DNA of 64,000 nt from a virus (Duplodnaviria; Heunggongvirae; Uroviricota; Caudoviricetes). Below the pieces are notes generated by a model that saw only the letters and a list, made by a program, of their open reading frames with translations, searched no databases and had not been told where the DNA came from. The translations under genes and the position numbers were made by a program. The DNA is taken from the IMG/VR virus record IMGVR_UViG_3300020576_002722, positions 1-64,000 of that record; one strand, 5' to 3'. Of the stretch, positions 50,142 through 58,584 are shown piece after piece; the stretch's first letter is position 1, and the number at the start of each line of letters is the position of its first letter.

Positions 50142-50659
50142 GCCTGTCCACCGGGCATCGCTCCCGGACCTCGTTGGCGGTTAATTACTCCGCCACGTTG
50201 CGCTTCATTAGCTGAACAGGTTGTGCGATGTTTCCGTTATCGTGCATCGCCTCACTGGCCCTTTCATGAGGTGGAGCCATACCCGGTGGCGCATTACGGT
50301 GCGCTCTACCTGCGCCCCCTATCCCGCATCGAAGCGGGTGGCCACGTAGTGACGGTGGTCGCGTCCTGCTAGGGGGTATAGTTCCAAGATGTCAAAGAAC
50401 GCGCTCTAGGTCACACCGCACCGTGTTTCTCGGTACAGTCCCGTTCCCAGCGGCCTTCCTACGGGCCATCGCGGCTAGTAGTTTCGGCACCACATCATGT
50501 GGCTGCTGGTCAGTGCGTTACGTGTGAAAGAACGACGCCTAGCTTGGTGGCCCTCACGGGTGACTGTTGCCGAACGCGATGCAAGTGTAGGCTGCCGCAT
50601 GGCCACCGACCTAATTTCCAGTGACGAACGGTTGGGAACGGGACGAACGGTTGGCCAGA

Positions 50660-50890
50660 CTAGGTGGCTTGATCGCCTGGAGGCCGCGATACTGTAGGCC
50701 AGAACGACATCTTGTAGCCAAGTAGCTGCAAATAGGCTTGGAGCGTAGACATGGACGTGGTAAGCACGTTGGCTTCGAGCCTGGCCACGGTCACTGGCTT
50801 CACCCCGATGCGTTCGGCCACGTCCGCTTGTGACCACCCGAGCCGCCTGCGTTTGGCGATCACAAAGTTGTCCATCTTGCGCCTGGCCAT
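50660..50890 (-). CDS. XRE/Cro-CI-family helix-turn-helix regulator (76 aa)
   Basis: The sequence is MARRKMDNFVIAKRRRLGWSQADVAERIGVKPVTVARLEANVLTTSMSTLQAYLQLLGY. A class I -7 box lies 4 nt upstream of the ATG, which predicts a leaderless transcript. The N-terminal extension in the track is not credible. Confidence 0.75.
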   Translation of the reverse strand: MARRKMDNFVIAKRRRLGWSQADVAERIGVKPVTVARLEANVLTTSMSTLQAYLQLLGYKMSFWPTVSRPPGDQAT

Positions 50891-50894
50891 GCCC

Positions 50895-50902
50895 CAAAGG
50901 TA
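50895..50902 (-). promoter_or_regulatory. class I -7 box TACCTTTG (CTTACCTTTGGGGC-ATG)
   Basis: Four nt separate the box from the HTH gene's ATG. Confidence 0.5.
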
Positions 50903-51158
50903 AGCGGCCACGCGGATACGGTGATCACGCTGCCCATGCGATAGCGATAGGAGCGGATAGCCCGCAGCCCGAAGGGCGAGGACTATGAGCGGATAGCGCG
51001 GGCCGAAGGCATCGCCCAAAGGATGGAAGCACTCTACTACAAGAGAGAGAACATGCTGGTGATCAGGCTGTTGGACCGGTAACACGTAGACACATAGCCA
51101 TATCACTATGTGTAAGCCCTTTCTCGGGGACAATAGGTGAACGCGTGCGCGTGGTGAT

Positions 51159-51386
51159 CTGGTGGCTGATCTTGGGTAGTGGTGGCCATGTTGGGGACTA
51201 TCCCCACGCCCACGACATTAAAAGGCCCACCAGTCAAGGCTTTCCACTCAAACGCGTGCCCATACACGTACACCCCTCAAAGGGCTCACCCCTCACACAC
51301 TGGTGGCCAGAGACAAGGTGGCCAGTGATCAGGTTTGACCTGTTATTGGTGGCCCAGACTAGGATCCCTTTTCACTTTGTGGCCCC
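51159..51386. repeat. cluster of GGTGGCC(A/C) repeats in the divergent control region
   Basis: Copies lie at about 51161, 51181, 51302, 51317, 51349 and 51379 (TGTGGCC). Further copies, some inverted, lie at 50547, 50599 (ATGGCCACC), 50651 and 50664. Confidence 0.55.
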
Positions 51387-51412
51387 GATCGAGGCGACCC
51401 GTTTCCCTTTTT

Positions 51413-51442
51413 GGGAGGCCAGGGGGGAGGGCAAGGGGGGGG
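51413..51442 (+). other. G-quadruplex-type G-tract motif including a G8 homopolymer
   Basis: GGG-AGGCCA-GGGGGG-A-GGG-CAA-GGGGGGGG. Confidence 0.4.
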
Positions 51443-51566
51443 AGTCCCCCAAATTCAGATATACCGGGCACCCCTTTTCAGGCAAGCCAGGGGGTATCCG
51501 CCCCATACCGGTACCTGCTTGTATCGAATTTCATGATCAAAGCGAAACACATCCCAGGAGTTGTAT

Positions 51567-51574
51567 TACATTTG
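51567..51574 (+). promoter_or_regulatory. class I -7 box TACATTTG (TTACATTTGCGGGCAT)
   Basis: It lies 18 nt upstream of the ATG at 51593. The 16-nt context is identical to the copy at 52060-52075. Confidence 0.55.
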
Positions 51575-51592
51575 CGGGCATAAACGATACAC

Positions 51593-51820
51593 ATGACTAT
51601 AGACACACTGATCATCGCAGCCTGGGCCACCGCCTCCCTTGGTGTGTTCGCCTATGGCGTGCAGGAGATCCTCTTGGATGGGGGCGAGGATGACTTCGGG
51701 AACAAGATGAGGCACCGGATCGACATCCCTCTGCTCATGGCTACCACCTGGCCACTATGGTGCCTTGTCGTGTGGCCGGCTGAGGCTATCACATGGATCT
51801 GGAAAAAGCTGGTACGATGA
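51593..51820 (+). CDS. small membrane protein (75 aa)
   Basis: Two hydrophobic segments. Confidence 0.55.
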   Translation: MTIDTLIIAAWATASLGVFAYGVQEILLDGGEDDFGNKMRHRIDIPLLMATTWPLWCLVVWPAEAITWIWKKLVR

Positions 51821-52035
51821 GCCCAGTATCACGAGCAGCCTACCAGAGGTACCTCAGGTGGGACAAGAACCCGATCGCCAAGAGAACGGTCGGCCGCCTG
51901 TCGGTCTGCTTCATCCGTGGCCTGGATGACGAGGCCAAGAAGTTCGTGCCAGCCACCCGGTACCGGAACCTGGAGAACGAGGTGGCCACACTGAACGGAT
52001 GGAACCTCGGCCCGGTCCAACCATCCATCACTTAG
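51817..52035 (+). CDS. hypothetical protein (72 aa)
   Basis: The start MSPVSRAAYQ is at the ATGA overlap. Confidence 0.5.
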   Translation: MSPVSRAAYQRYLRWDKNPIAKRTVGRLSVCFIRGLDDEAKKFVPATRYRNLENEVATLNGWNLGPVQPSIT

Positions 52036-52060
52036 CACTTGCACTATCAGAAATGGCGCT

Positions 52061-52068
52061 TACATTTG
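52061..52068 (+). promoter_or_regulatory. class I -7 box TACATTTG (CTTACATTTGCGGGC-ATG)
   Basis: It lies 5 nt before the ATG at 52074. Confidence 0.5.
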
Positions 52069-52073
52069 CGGGC

Positions 52074-53063
52074 ATGAGTCTGAACGAGTACCTGCGACAG
52101 AAGGTCCATTACATCCGCAAACAACGGAAACAGCTTCCGAACGACGCCTGGCACATGGACGATAGCACTCGTCAACAGATGCGCGACATCATCAGTGACC
52201 TTGGGGCACTGCAAGATATTCAGGCCGGCAGGCGCAAGGTGCTTCCTGGTGTCGTCGACAGGACCAAGAGTGGACCTATTGCGCACCCGGATGAATACGG
52301 ACCCGTGATCTATCGGTACGACGGGGTCGTCTATCGCCGGAAGAACGGAGTCACCACCGCCCTTGTTGAGCTGGATGAGACGATCAAGTGCGACGGATGC
52401 AACGTCTACCCAAACCAAGAAACCAACAACACACACATGGTAAGCCAAAGCAAGATCGATGAGGCCAAGTCCAGGGGTATTGTACCTGGAGCAACGATCA
52501 AGTGCGCATCGGTTCCCGACAGGTACGGCGTGGTCATGCCCACCTCGTACTGGAGGACAACGAGTGGCGGGGCTATCGATGTCGGCCTCGACAACAAGGG
52601 CACACAACTGTTCGCCTACTCCGGAGTGTTCAACAAGTGGTCCGAAGTGATCACCCTGGCACCGCCACCCATCGGGCTCCAGCCACAGGACGCCGTGAAG
52701 GCATCAGGGGCAATGCTCGCCGCCATCGCCGACAGGGCCGCCGAACTCGGGCTTCTCGACAGGAAGTTCGCGGGTGAGAACGGATCCGACTACCTGAATA
52801 GCGTGTCGGTACACTGGGACCCGACATGCTATTGCCCACTCCAGGTCGGCCACACACACGTCAAGCATAACCTTCTGACGCCGGACGAGTTCCTCCGTCG
52901 CCTGGAGAGCACGGTGTTGCAGCCTGTCACCAAGATCACAGAGCCGCGCATTGGCCGCGATCTTGAGCACACGGTCAAGTTCAACAAGGGCTCCATCACC
53001 GTTGGACGCACGACCGTTCCCAATGAAACCGTCCGCAAGATCGCGGCAAACCTCAAGGACTGA
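52074..53063 (+). CDS. hypothetical protein (329 aa)
   Basis: The start MSLNEYLRQK is chosen downstream of the promoter box. Alternative ATGs lie at 52053 and 51999. Confidence 0.6.
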   Translation: MSLNEYLRQKVHYIRKQRKQLPNDAWHMDDSTRQQMRDIISDLGALQDIQAGRRKVLPGVVDRTKSGPIAHPDEYGPVIYRYDGVVYRRKNGVTTALVELDETIKCDGCNVYPNQETNNTHMVSQSKIDEAKSRGIVPGATIKCASVPDRYGVVMPTSYWRTTSGGAIDVGLDNKGTQLFAYSGVFNKWSEVITLAPPPIGLQPQDAVKASGAMLAAIADRAAELGLLDRKFAGENGSDYLNSVSVHWDPTCYCPLQVGHTHVKHNLLTPDEFLRRLESTVLQPVTKITEPRIGRDLEHTVKFNKGSITVGRTTVPNETVRKIAANLKD

Positions 53064-53248
53064 TGACCTACCACATCGTTCAAGCGCTTGCCCTGGCCGT
53101 GGCCCTGTGGCTATCCGGTAACTACGTCGGCAACCTGGCTGTGGCTATCAAGGAGCACAGCAATGTTGCTGTGTCAAAGGCCAATATCAGCCTGCGGCTA
53201 TCAGCCATAGCGTGGGCCATATTCTGGTACATGTCATGGGGACACTGA
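53063..53248 (+). CDS. small membrane protein (61 aa)
   Basis: TGATG overlap with the upstream stop, and two TM segments. Confidence 0.5.
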   Translation: MTYHIVQALALAVALWLSGNYVGNLAVAIKEHSNVAVSKANISLRLSAIAWAIFWYMSWGH

Positions 53249-53439
53249 GACTGTTCCTCCTGTGCGTGGCCGGGTTCTCGCTCATCCTGTGGCTGGCAGA
53301 GTCTATCGATCAGCGGGCCACTATGGGCAGGAATCGCGTATACGTAGACCGAAGTACGTACGAGCCTGCCATAATGAGACCCATCTGGTGGGCAGCGGTA
53401 GCCATTGTGTCGACCTGCGCAGCCTATGCGCTTTCATGA
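53236..53439 (+). CDS. small membrane protein (67 aa)
   Basis: MGTLRLFLLCVAGFSLILWL... and a C-terminal TM segment. Confidence 0.5.
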   Translation: MGTLRLFLLCVAGFSLILWLAESIDQRATMGRNRVYVDRSTYEPAIMRPIWWAAVAIVSTCAAYALS

Positions 53440-53731
53440 GCTGATCCTCGTGGCCCTGGCGGCTGCATCGATCGGATACCAGCTGACGGATTTCGGGATC
53501 ATGTGGGAGGACGAGTTCCACATGATCCCGCCCGCTCGTCTATTGATACACGAGCCCCGTCGAACTTCATTGCCGTTCTACCATCCAGAGGCTACCTTTG
53601 TGAGGAGGAGATCTATCAGAAGGTCTTCTGTCCGAAAAAACGAGGATGAAATACTGGATCGCGTTCATCGTTGCTCTCTTCTGCCTGGACTCGTGCGCCC
53701 AGAGGTTGATGAGGAGCCACCTGGTTGGTGA
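53426..53731 (+). CDS. possible small membrane protein (doubtful 3' part)
   Basis: MRFHELILVALAAASIGYQL looks real. The Arg-rich tail overlaps the next gene. Confidence 0.3.
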   Translation: MRFHELILVALAAASIGYQLTDFGIMWEDEFHMIPPARLLIHEPRRTSLPFYHPEATFVRRRSIRRSSVRKNEDEILDRVHRCSLLPGLVRPEVDEEPPGW

Positions 53732-54026
53732 CTCTACCTCCAAGTGCATCCTGGTGATCAGGGACATGGACTCCTATGGCGATCCGAAGGCGTACGAGTT
53801 CCGCAAGTACAACGCCTTCAACCTGAAGCCCGGTGACTACCTGATCGGGTACTTCATCGACACCGGCTTCGTACACACCGAGATCATGCACGTCTCCCAC
53901 GAGAAGAGCGTGCAGGACCAGTTCATCCTGATCCGTCCGGTTCCACTCCACAAGGTGCGCTTCGCGCCTGCTGACAACGGGGACTCCACATCGTTCTTCT
54001 TTGATCTCGATTACCTGGACCCATGA
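53646..54026 (+). CDS. lipoprotein (126 aa)
   Basis: Signal plus lipobox: MKYWIAFIVALFCLDSC. Confidence 0.6.
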   Translation: MKYWIAFIVALFCLDSCAQRLMRSHLVGDSTSKCILVIRDMDSYGDPKAYEFRKYNAFNLKPGDYLIGYFIDTGFVHTEIMHVSHEKSVQDQFILIRPVPLHKVRFAPADNGDSTSFFFDLDYLDP

Positions 54027-54107
54027 AACGAATGACCCTCTTCATCAACGAGGGGTTCGCCACTGCGGTAGCGATCCTTCTGATGGTTCTGTTCTGCTGA
54101 CAGTGGG

Positions 54108-54115
54108 TACCTTTG
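54108..54115 (+). promoter_or_regulatory. class I -7 box TACCTTTG (GGTACCTTTGCGGT-ATG)
   Basis: Four nt separate the box from the ATG at 54120. Confidence 0.5.
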
Positions 54116-54119
54116 CGGT

Positions 54120-56063
54120 ATGGCAACCCGCACCGGTACGATCTTCGTCCTGAACTTCGACCCAAGGCCAGTGCCATCGGGTGACATCTGGATCGAGGTT
54201 CCGGGTGAGTACGACCAGGCCACCAACACCCGCAGGTTCAAGTTCAAGGTCGGCACCGGGCAGACCGCTTACAAGTATCTCCCGTACGGGCTGATCGGAG
54301 AGGAGACCGCCGCGCCGGCATCGACCGGCGGCAACATGGTCGGTCCCGCGTCGAGCACCGACAACGCACTGGTCCGATGGGACGGCACCACCGGTAAGCT
54401 GACCCAGAACTCGGTCATCGTCGTCTCTGACCTGGGAGCCATCACCGGGATCCTGTCGCTGAACGGGAACACGTTCGGGCCTACCCCAGGGGTACTGATC
54501 GTCCAGGGCAACGCGCTCACCCTCCTGTCGTCCGGGGCAGCCGCCGCAGGCCAGGTGGCTACCGCCGATGGGGCCGGCAACATCACATGGGTAACACCGA
54601 CAGCTGGGACAGGAGACGTCGTTGGACCGGCATCCGCCGTAGATGGCCACATCGTACAGTTCGACGGGGTAACCGGTAAGCTGATCAAGGACGGCCTGGC
54701 GACGTCCGCCGGCGGGAACGGTACGGCCGACTCCGGGAAGGTCCCTGTGTTCGGCGCTGACGGAAGCCTGTCAGTGGCCAATACAGGAGGCTCCGGATCA
54801 GCTCTGCTGGCCACGTCCGACGTTGCCTTCTTGCCCGCCGTGAACGCACTCAGCAATGGGAGCGGGCCGGCCGGCGCATTCTACAACAGCTCCACCGGCG
54901 ACGGGGTCAACGCATCGGTGAACGACGGGTACGCCGTATTCGGACTGAACGACTCGATAACGGCACCCGCTGGCCACTTCCAGAACGTGGACCCCACGAA
55001 GACTGGGGACCTTGGGCAGTTCCACAATGCCGATGACGACGGGCTCATCATCGAGAACGACGGTGGCCTCGACTGGACGACCCCTACTGGAGCGCAGTCA
55101 ACGGCCACCAATCTGCCCGTGTTCAGTGCTCTCAAGAAGGGAGTCGTGCCGGCGGCCGGCGCAGTACCATCGGCCACCAAGTTCCTGGACGAGACCGGGG
55201 CCTGGGCAGTTCCTCCGGACACCGATACCGGGATCACCCAGCTCACTGGAGATGTCACGGCTGGGCCTGGAAGTGGATCGCAGGCAGCTACGCTCGCCTC
55301 CGTCATCACGGCTGGTGGGCCGACGGGTAGCGCTTCGGTCGTCCCGGTCATCACCTATGACGCCAAGGGGAGGTTGACCGCCGTGTCCACGGCAACCATT
55401 ACACCTGCCGCTATCGGCGCTCCGGCCGGGTCAGGTACAAGTACAGGAACGAATACCGGGGACCAGACCAACATCTCCGGGAACGCGGCAACCGTTACCA
55501 CCAACGCCAACCTCACCGGCCCGGTCACGTCGGTAGGTAACGCCACCACGATCGCGGACCCAGAGCTGGCGGCTATCGCAGCCCTGACAAGCGCAGCGGA
55601 CAAGACCATCCAGTTCACTGGATCCGGAACGGCGGCACTGGTGAACTTGAAGGAGGGTCCGGAAGCGGCCTACACTGGAACGATCACATGGACAGCCGGA
55701 GCGGCCCCGTCTGGAGCGTCGTCACTCAGGCAGTTCTATACACAGGTCGGCAACCAGGTGTCGTGGCAGATCAGCTTGACGTACGCCAACACCGGAACTA
55801 CCGTAACGAACGTAGTGTTGACCTTCCCCACTGAATTCCCGACACCCGCGATACCATCAGGCTTCACGGGTGCCAGCGTTCGCCTGTACAGTTGCGACAA
55901 CGTACGCTTGTTGAGTACGCCCACCGGCTCGCTCGCTAATGCAACGGGCTTCTTCGTGATGCGGAACGCGGCTGATACCGGGTTCGATATCAAGAGCACT
56001 GGTACGTTCGCATCCGGATCCTATCGCACGTTCATCTTCGGTGGAACATATTTCACCTCCTGA
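54120..56063 (+). CDS. second tail fibre protein
   Basis: 647 aa. The repeated motifs are MVGPASSTDNALVRWDGTTGKLTQNS and VVGPASAVDGHIVQFDGVTGKLIKDG. The sequence is Gly/Thr/Ala-rich, and the segment KKGVVPAAGAVPSATKFLDETGAWAVP is fibre-like. Confidence 0.8.
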   Translation: MATRTGTIFVLNFDPRPVPSGDIWIEVPGEYDQATNTRRFKFKVGTGQTAYKYLPYGLIGEETAAPASTGGNMVGPASSTDNALVRWDGTTGKLTQNSVIVVSDLGAITGILSLNGNTFGPTPGVLIVQGNALTLLSSGAAAAGQVATADGAGNITWVTPTAGTGDVVGPASAVDGHIVQFDGVTGKLIKDGLATSAGGNGTADSGKVPVFGADGSLSVANTGGSGSALLATSDVAFLPAVNALSNGSGPAGAFYNSSTGDGVNASVNDGYAVFGLNDSITAPAGHFQNVDPTKTGDLGQFHNADDDGLIIENDGGLDWTTPTGAQSTATNLPVFSALKKGVVPAAGAVPSATKFLDETGAWAVPPDTDTGITQLTGDVTAGPGSGSQAATLASVITAGGPTGSASVVPVITYDAKGRLTAVSTATITPAAIGAPAGSGTSTGTNTGDQTNISGNAATVTTNANLTGPVTSVGNATTIADPELAAIAALTSAADKTIQFTGSGTAALVNLKEGPEAAYTGTITWTAGAAPSGASSLRQFYTQVGNQVSWQISLTYANTGTTVTNVVLTFPTEFPTPAIPSGFTGASVRLYSCDNVRLLSTPTGSLANATGFFVMRNAADTGFDIKSTGTFASGSYRTFIFGGTYFTS

Positions 56064-56375
56064 TCACTGGTCCTCCCAGCTGATCACCTGGCCGATCGGA
56101 AGGCCGTCAGCGTACGACCTGAACTCCCAGCTTGAGTCCAGGTAGGCCACGTAGGTCTGGTCGTGCGTATAGGCAACGACGATCTGATCGGGCTCCGGAA
56201 GCTCCATGACGTGGCTGGATCGAAACGACAGCAGGTACCCGATCGCTACGCCGGCTGCCAGCGCTACGGATGCCCACACCTTCACATTGGAGATGTACTC
56301 GTCCTTGGCCTGCTTCAACTCCAGGCGATGGCGCTCAAGCGCTGCGTTCCTGGCCTCCCTTGCTGTGCTGTTCAT
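56064..56375 (-). CDS. membrane-anchored protein (103 aa)
   Basis: A central TM segment (VWASVALAAGVAIGYLL). The stop abuts the convergent fibre stop. Confidence 0.55.
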   Translation of the reverse strand: MNSTAREARNAALERHRLELKQAKDEYISNVKVWASVALAAGVAIGYLLSFRSSHVMELPEPDQIVVAYTHDQTYVAYLDSSWEFRSYADGLPIGQVISWEDQ

Positions 56376-56950
56376 ATTTTGGTCCTTGTTGATGGCATGT
56401 ACATGTTGACCGGGTATCCGTAGTCGTACTTGCGTCCATTGACATCAACCAGGTACCTGTATTCATCCTTTGCGACGATCTCCAGGTGCCTGTCGCTGTA
56501 TCCATTAGGAGCCGGCTTGATCTCCCATCCATGGTACATGATCTTTCCGCCAACGTTTCCATGATTCTTTCGCACGATACCGCGACGATCAAGCTCACTG
56601 GCGAGTTCATGGATATTCCTTGCACCCATCATGAGGTAGAAAGACTGCGGATCCAGGGCCAACGCATAGATCTTCATATCGATCGCGCTGATGATGTCGA
56701 ATGGCTTCGACTCGGCAACTCTGATCGGAAGTGGATTCCTGCTGACCAGGTCATCCACGTCACGATGTGTGCAGCTCCCGAACATCTCAGAGTACTTGTC
56801 GGCAGAGATCTTCTCCTCTGCGAACAGCTTCTTGAGCCTCTGGTCAGGTGACTCCTCTTTTTTCATTTCGCTCCAGAATGTCCGGTAATCAATATACTGT
56901 TCACTGAAAATCATCACCATCTCATCGACGGCCCTAATATGCTTTTCCAT
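56372..56950 (-). CDS. hypothetical protein (192 aa)
   Basis: ORF with an ATGA overlap downstream. Confidence 0.6.
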   Translation of the reverse strand: MEKHIRAVDEMVMIFSEQYIDYRTFWSEMKKEESPDQRLKKLFAEEKISADKYSEMFGSCTHRDVDDLVSRNPLPIRVAESKPFDIISAIDMKIYALALDPQSFYLMMGARNIHELASELDRRGIVRKNHGNVGGKIMYHGWEIKPAPNGYSDRHLEIVAKDEYRYLVDVNGRKYDYGYPVNMYMPSTRTKI

Positions 56951-57347
56951 GCTTGTGCGGCCTCGTTTCGTTGTAGGCCATCTTCAGCTCGATGTGGCGC
57001 TCCAGGTCGATACCCATCGCTCCGCACATGTCGGCGATCCTGATCACTGCATCGGCCAGCTCATCCTCGAAGGTGTCCTTGATGTGCTCAGTGAACGCCT
57101 CTTTGAAGATAGGGCTCTCAATGCGCTGCACGATCTCTCCGCGCTCATCCACCTTGAGCATGGTTGGACGTACCTCTATGTCGAAGGCACCAATAGATGC
57201 CCTCCTGTTATTCCTGTCAGCCTCCAGCGCCTCGCTCAGTTCACTGACCACGAGCATCAGGCGCTCGCCTACGTTCTGCTCGCGCTCGTAGAAGCCCTTG
57301 GCCACTGCGTTCGCGTGAGCCATCTTGATCAGATCCTTGATGTTCAT
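56934..57347 (-). CDS. mazG: MazG-like nucleoside triphosphate pyrophosphohydrolase
   Basis: The start is MNIKDLIKMAH. The motifs are ERLMLVVSELSEALEA, DELADAVIRIADMCG and KMAYNETRPHKHGKAY. Confidence 0.8.
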   Translation of the reverse strand: MNIKDLIKMAHANAVAKGFYEREQNVGERLMLVVSELSEALEADRNNRRASIGAFDIEVRPTMLKVDERGEIVQRIESPIFKEAFTEHIKDTFEDELADAVIRIADMCGAMGIDLERHIELKMAYNETRPHKHGKAY

Positions 57348-57640
57348 AGCGAAAGCGTAAGCGTGTCTCCGCACATTCTGGTATTGAATGTTGCGCTATC
57401 TACGCGCACGCATCGAACACCGGAACGATTGGCGATGAACCAGTTCCATTCCGGATACTTCCATACGTGATGATGTACGACCACGACCGGTACGTATGCG
57501 TACGAATAAGTCCTTGTGCCATCGTGACACATGTGCCCAGGTGTATACTCCTTGGCCACCAGGTATCCGTGGAACGGCTCAGGGTCACACCCCGACAGGA
57601 GCGCTGTCAGGAACAGCAGCGCCATCATCTTTCGTTTCAT
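57344..57640 (-). CDS. lipoprotein (98 aa)
   Basis: MKRKMMALLFLTALLSGC (lipobox). Confidence 0.6.
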   Translation of the reverse strand: MKRKMMALLFLTALLSGCDPEPFHGYLVAKEYTPGHMCHDGTRTYSYAYVPVVVVHHHVWKYPEWNWFIANRSGVRCVRVDSATFNTRMCGDTLTLSL

Positions 57641-57899
57641 TTGTCATGACCTGTTTTACGTACTCTTCGATCGGTACTCCTTCCGGTTTCTCCTTCATGA
57701 TGCGCTCGTTCACGGCGAGCAACTGCTTCCATTGTGCCCCGGTCATCGACTTGCCGGCGATCGGGCCGTCCTCGAATGTGTAGACGACCTTGTCGTTCAT
57801 GGCCGCTACCACCTCGCCGAACGTGTGCTTCTTCTCGATGACCCGTTTGCTCTTGCGACGGGCCGCCCTTCCTGGGCTGCGTGGGTTACTCTTGCTCAT
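57585..57899 (-). CDS. hypothetical basic protein (104 aa)
   Basis: ORF. Its 3' 56 nt overlaps the lipoprotein gene. Confidence 0.5.
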   Translation of the reverse strand: MSKSNPRSPGRAARRKSKRVIEKKHTFGEVVAAMNDKVVYTFEDGPIAGKSMTGAQWKQLLAVNERIMKEKPEGVPIEEYVKQVMTNETKDDGAAVPDSAPVGV

Positions 57900-58036
57900 C
57901 GTGACAGGTCTTTCAGGTGCTTGATCCGCTTGTGGCCTACCTCATACCTGCGATTGTGCGGGGCATCCATCAGGTAGCACAGGATCCCGTACGAGATCAC
58001 TGCAACGACCAGATGCGCTATCAGGTACGTGATCAT
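57896..58036 (-). CDS. small membrane protein (46 aa, below the track cutoff)
   Basis: Hand translation: MITYLIAHLVVAVISYGILCYLMDAPHNRRYEVGHKRIKHLKDLSR. ATGA overlaps at both ends. Confidence 0.4.
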   Translation of the reverse strand: MITYLIAHLVVAVISYGILCYLMDAPHNRRYEVGHKRIKHLKDLSR

Positions 58037-58326
58037 TGGTCGATCTTCGTCAATGCGTTCGGCTTCACGAACTGGGCGATGTCGATCCGCTCGTTCAGCT
58101 TCTTCACCTCGTCGGCCAGCGTGTCGTGCAGCGCTACGATGGCACCATCGACGGTTCCGGCCGTATTCGACAGGGTTGTGATCTGCTTCTTGATCGACCT
58201 CGACAACTCTTGCTGGGAGCCTCCCCAGTACTCGAACGCAGATTCAACGTCCTTTGCGGTCTTCTTGTCCTTGCGCAACTTCCACAGGAATGCCGCAGTG
58301 AGCAGTGTTAGCCAGATGGTGTTCAT
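58033..58326 (-). CDS. membrane-anchored coiled-coil protein (97 aa)
   Basis: The start is MNTIWLTLLTAAFLWKL. The track ORF extension upstream is not credible. Confidence 0.55.
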   Translation of the reverse strand: MNTIWLTLLTAAFLWKLRKDKKTAKDVESAFEYWGGSQQELSRSIKKQITTLSNTAGTVDGAIVALHDTLADEVKKLNERIDIAQFVKPNALTKIDQ

Positions 58327-58487
58327 GAGTTGTTGGGTTTGTACTTGCGGGTGAGGAGGACGTGGTACGTTCCATTGGGTCCAGGAAGTACGGCAATGGC
58401 GATAGTCGCCTTGCCGTGACTGGTCACAAGGCTCTCGATCAGGTCCGGTAGGCCCTGGAGGTCGGTGTCGAATTGGACTGTTTCCAT
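58323..58487 (-). CDS. small protein (54 aa, below the track cutoff)
   Basis: Hand translation: METVQFDTDLQGLPDLIESLVTSHGKATIAIAVLPGPNGTYHVLLTRKYKPNNS. ATGA overlap with the next start. Confidence 0.4.
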   Translation of the reverse strand: METVQFDTDLQGLPDLIESLVTSHGKATIAIAVLPGPNGTYHVLLTRKYKPNNS

Positions 58488-58584
58488 GATTGGAGGAGGC
58501 AAGGGTAAGAGGTATCACTGAGTAATGCAAGAGGAATTTTCGCCTCACAGGTCAACTCGCTGATACTCAGGTGGAAAATTTCCT

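Noticed and set aside
50891-51133. N-terminal 81-aa extension of the HTH ORF (track 50660..51133)
   Set aside because: A conserved promoter word sits 4 nt upstream of the internal ATG at 50890, and the extension has non-coding character.
51145-51693. 182-aa + strand ORF across the divergent control region
   Set aside because: It is low-complexity (Gly/Pro/Trp/His-rich), spans the repeat and G-tract region and the promoter box at 51567, and overlaps the well-placed start at 51593.
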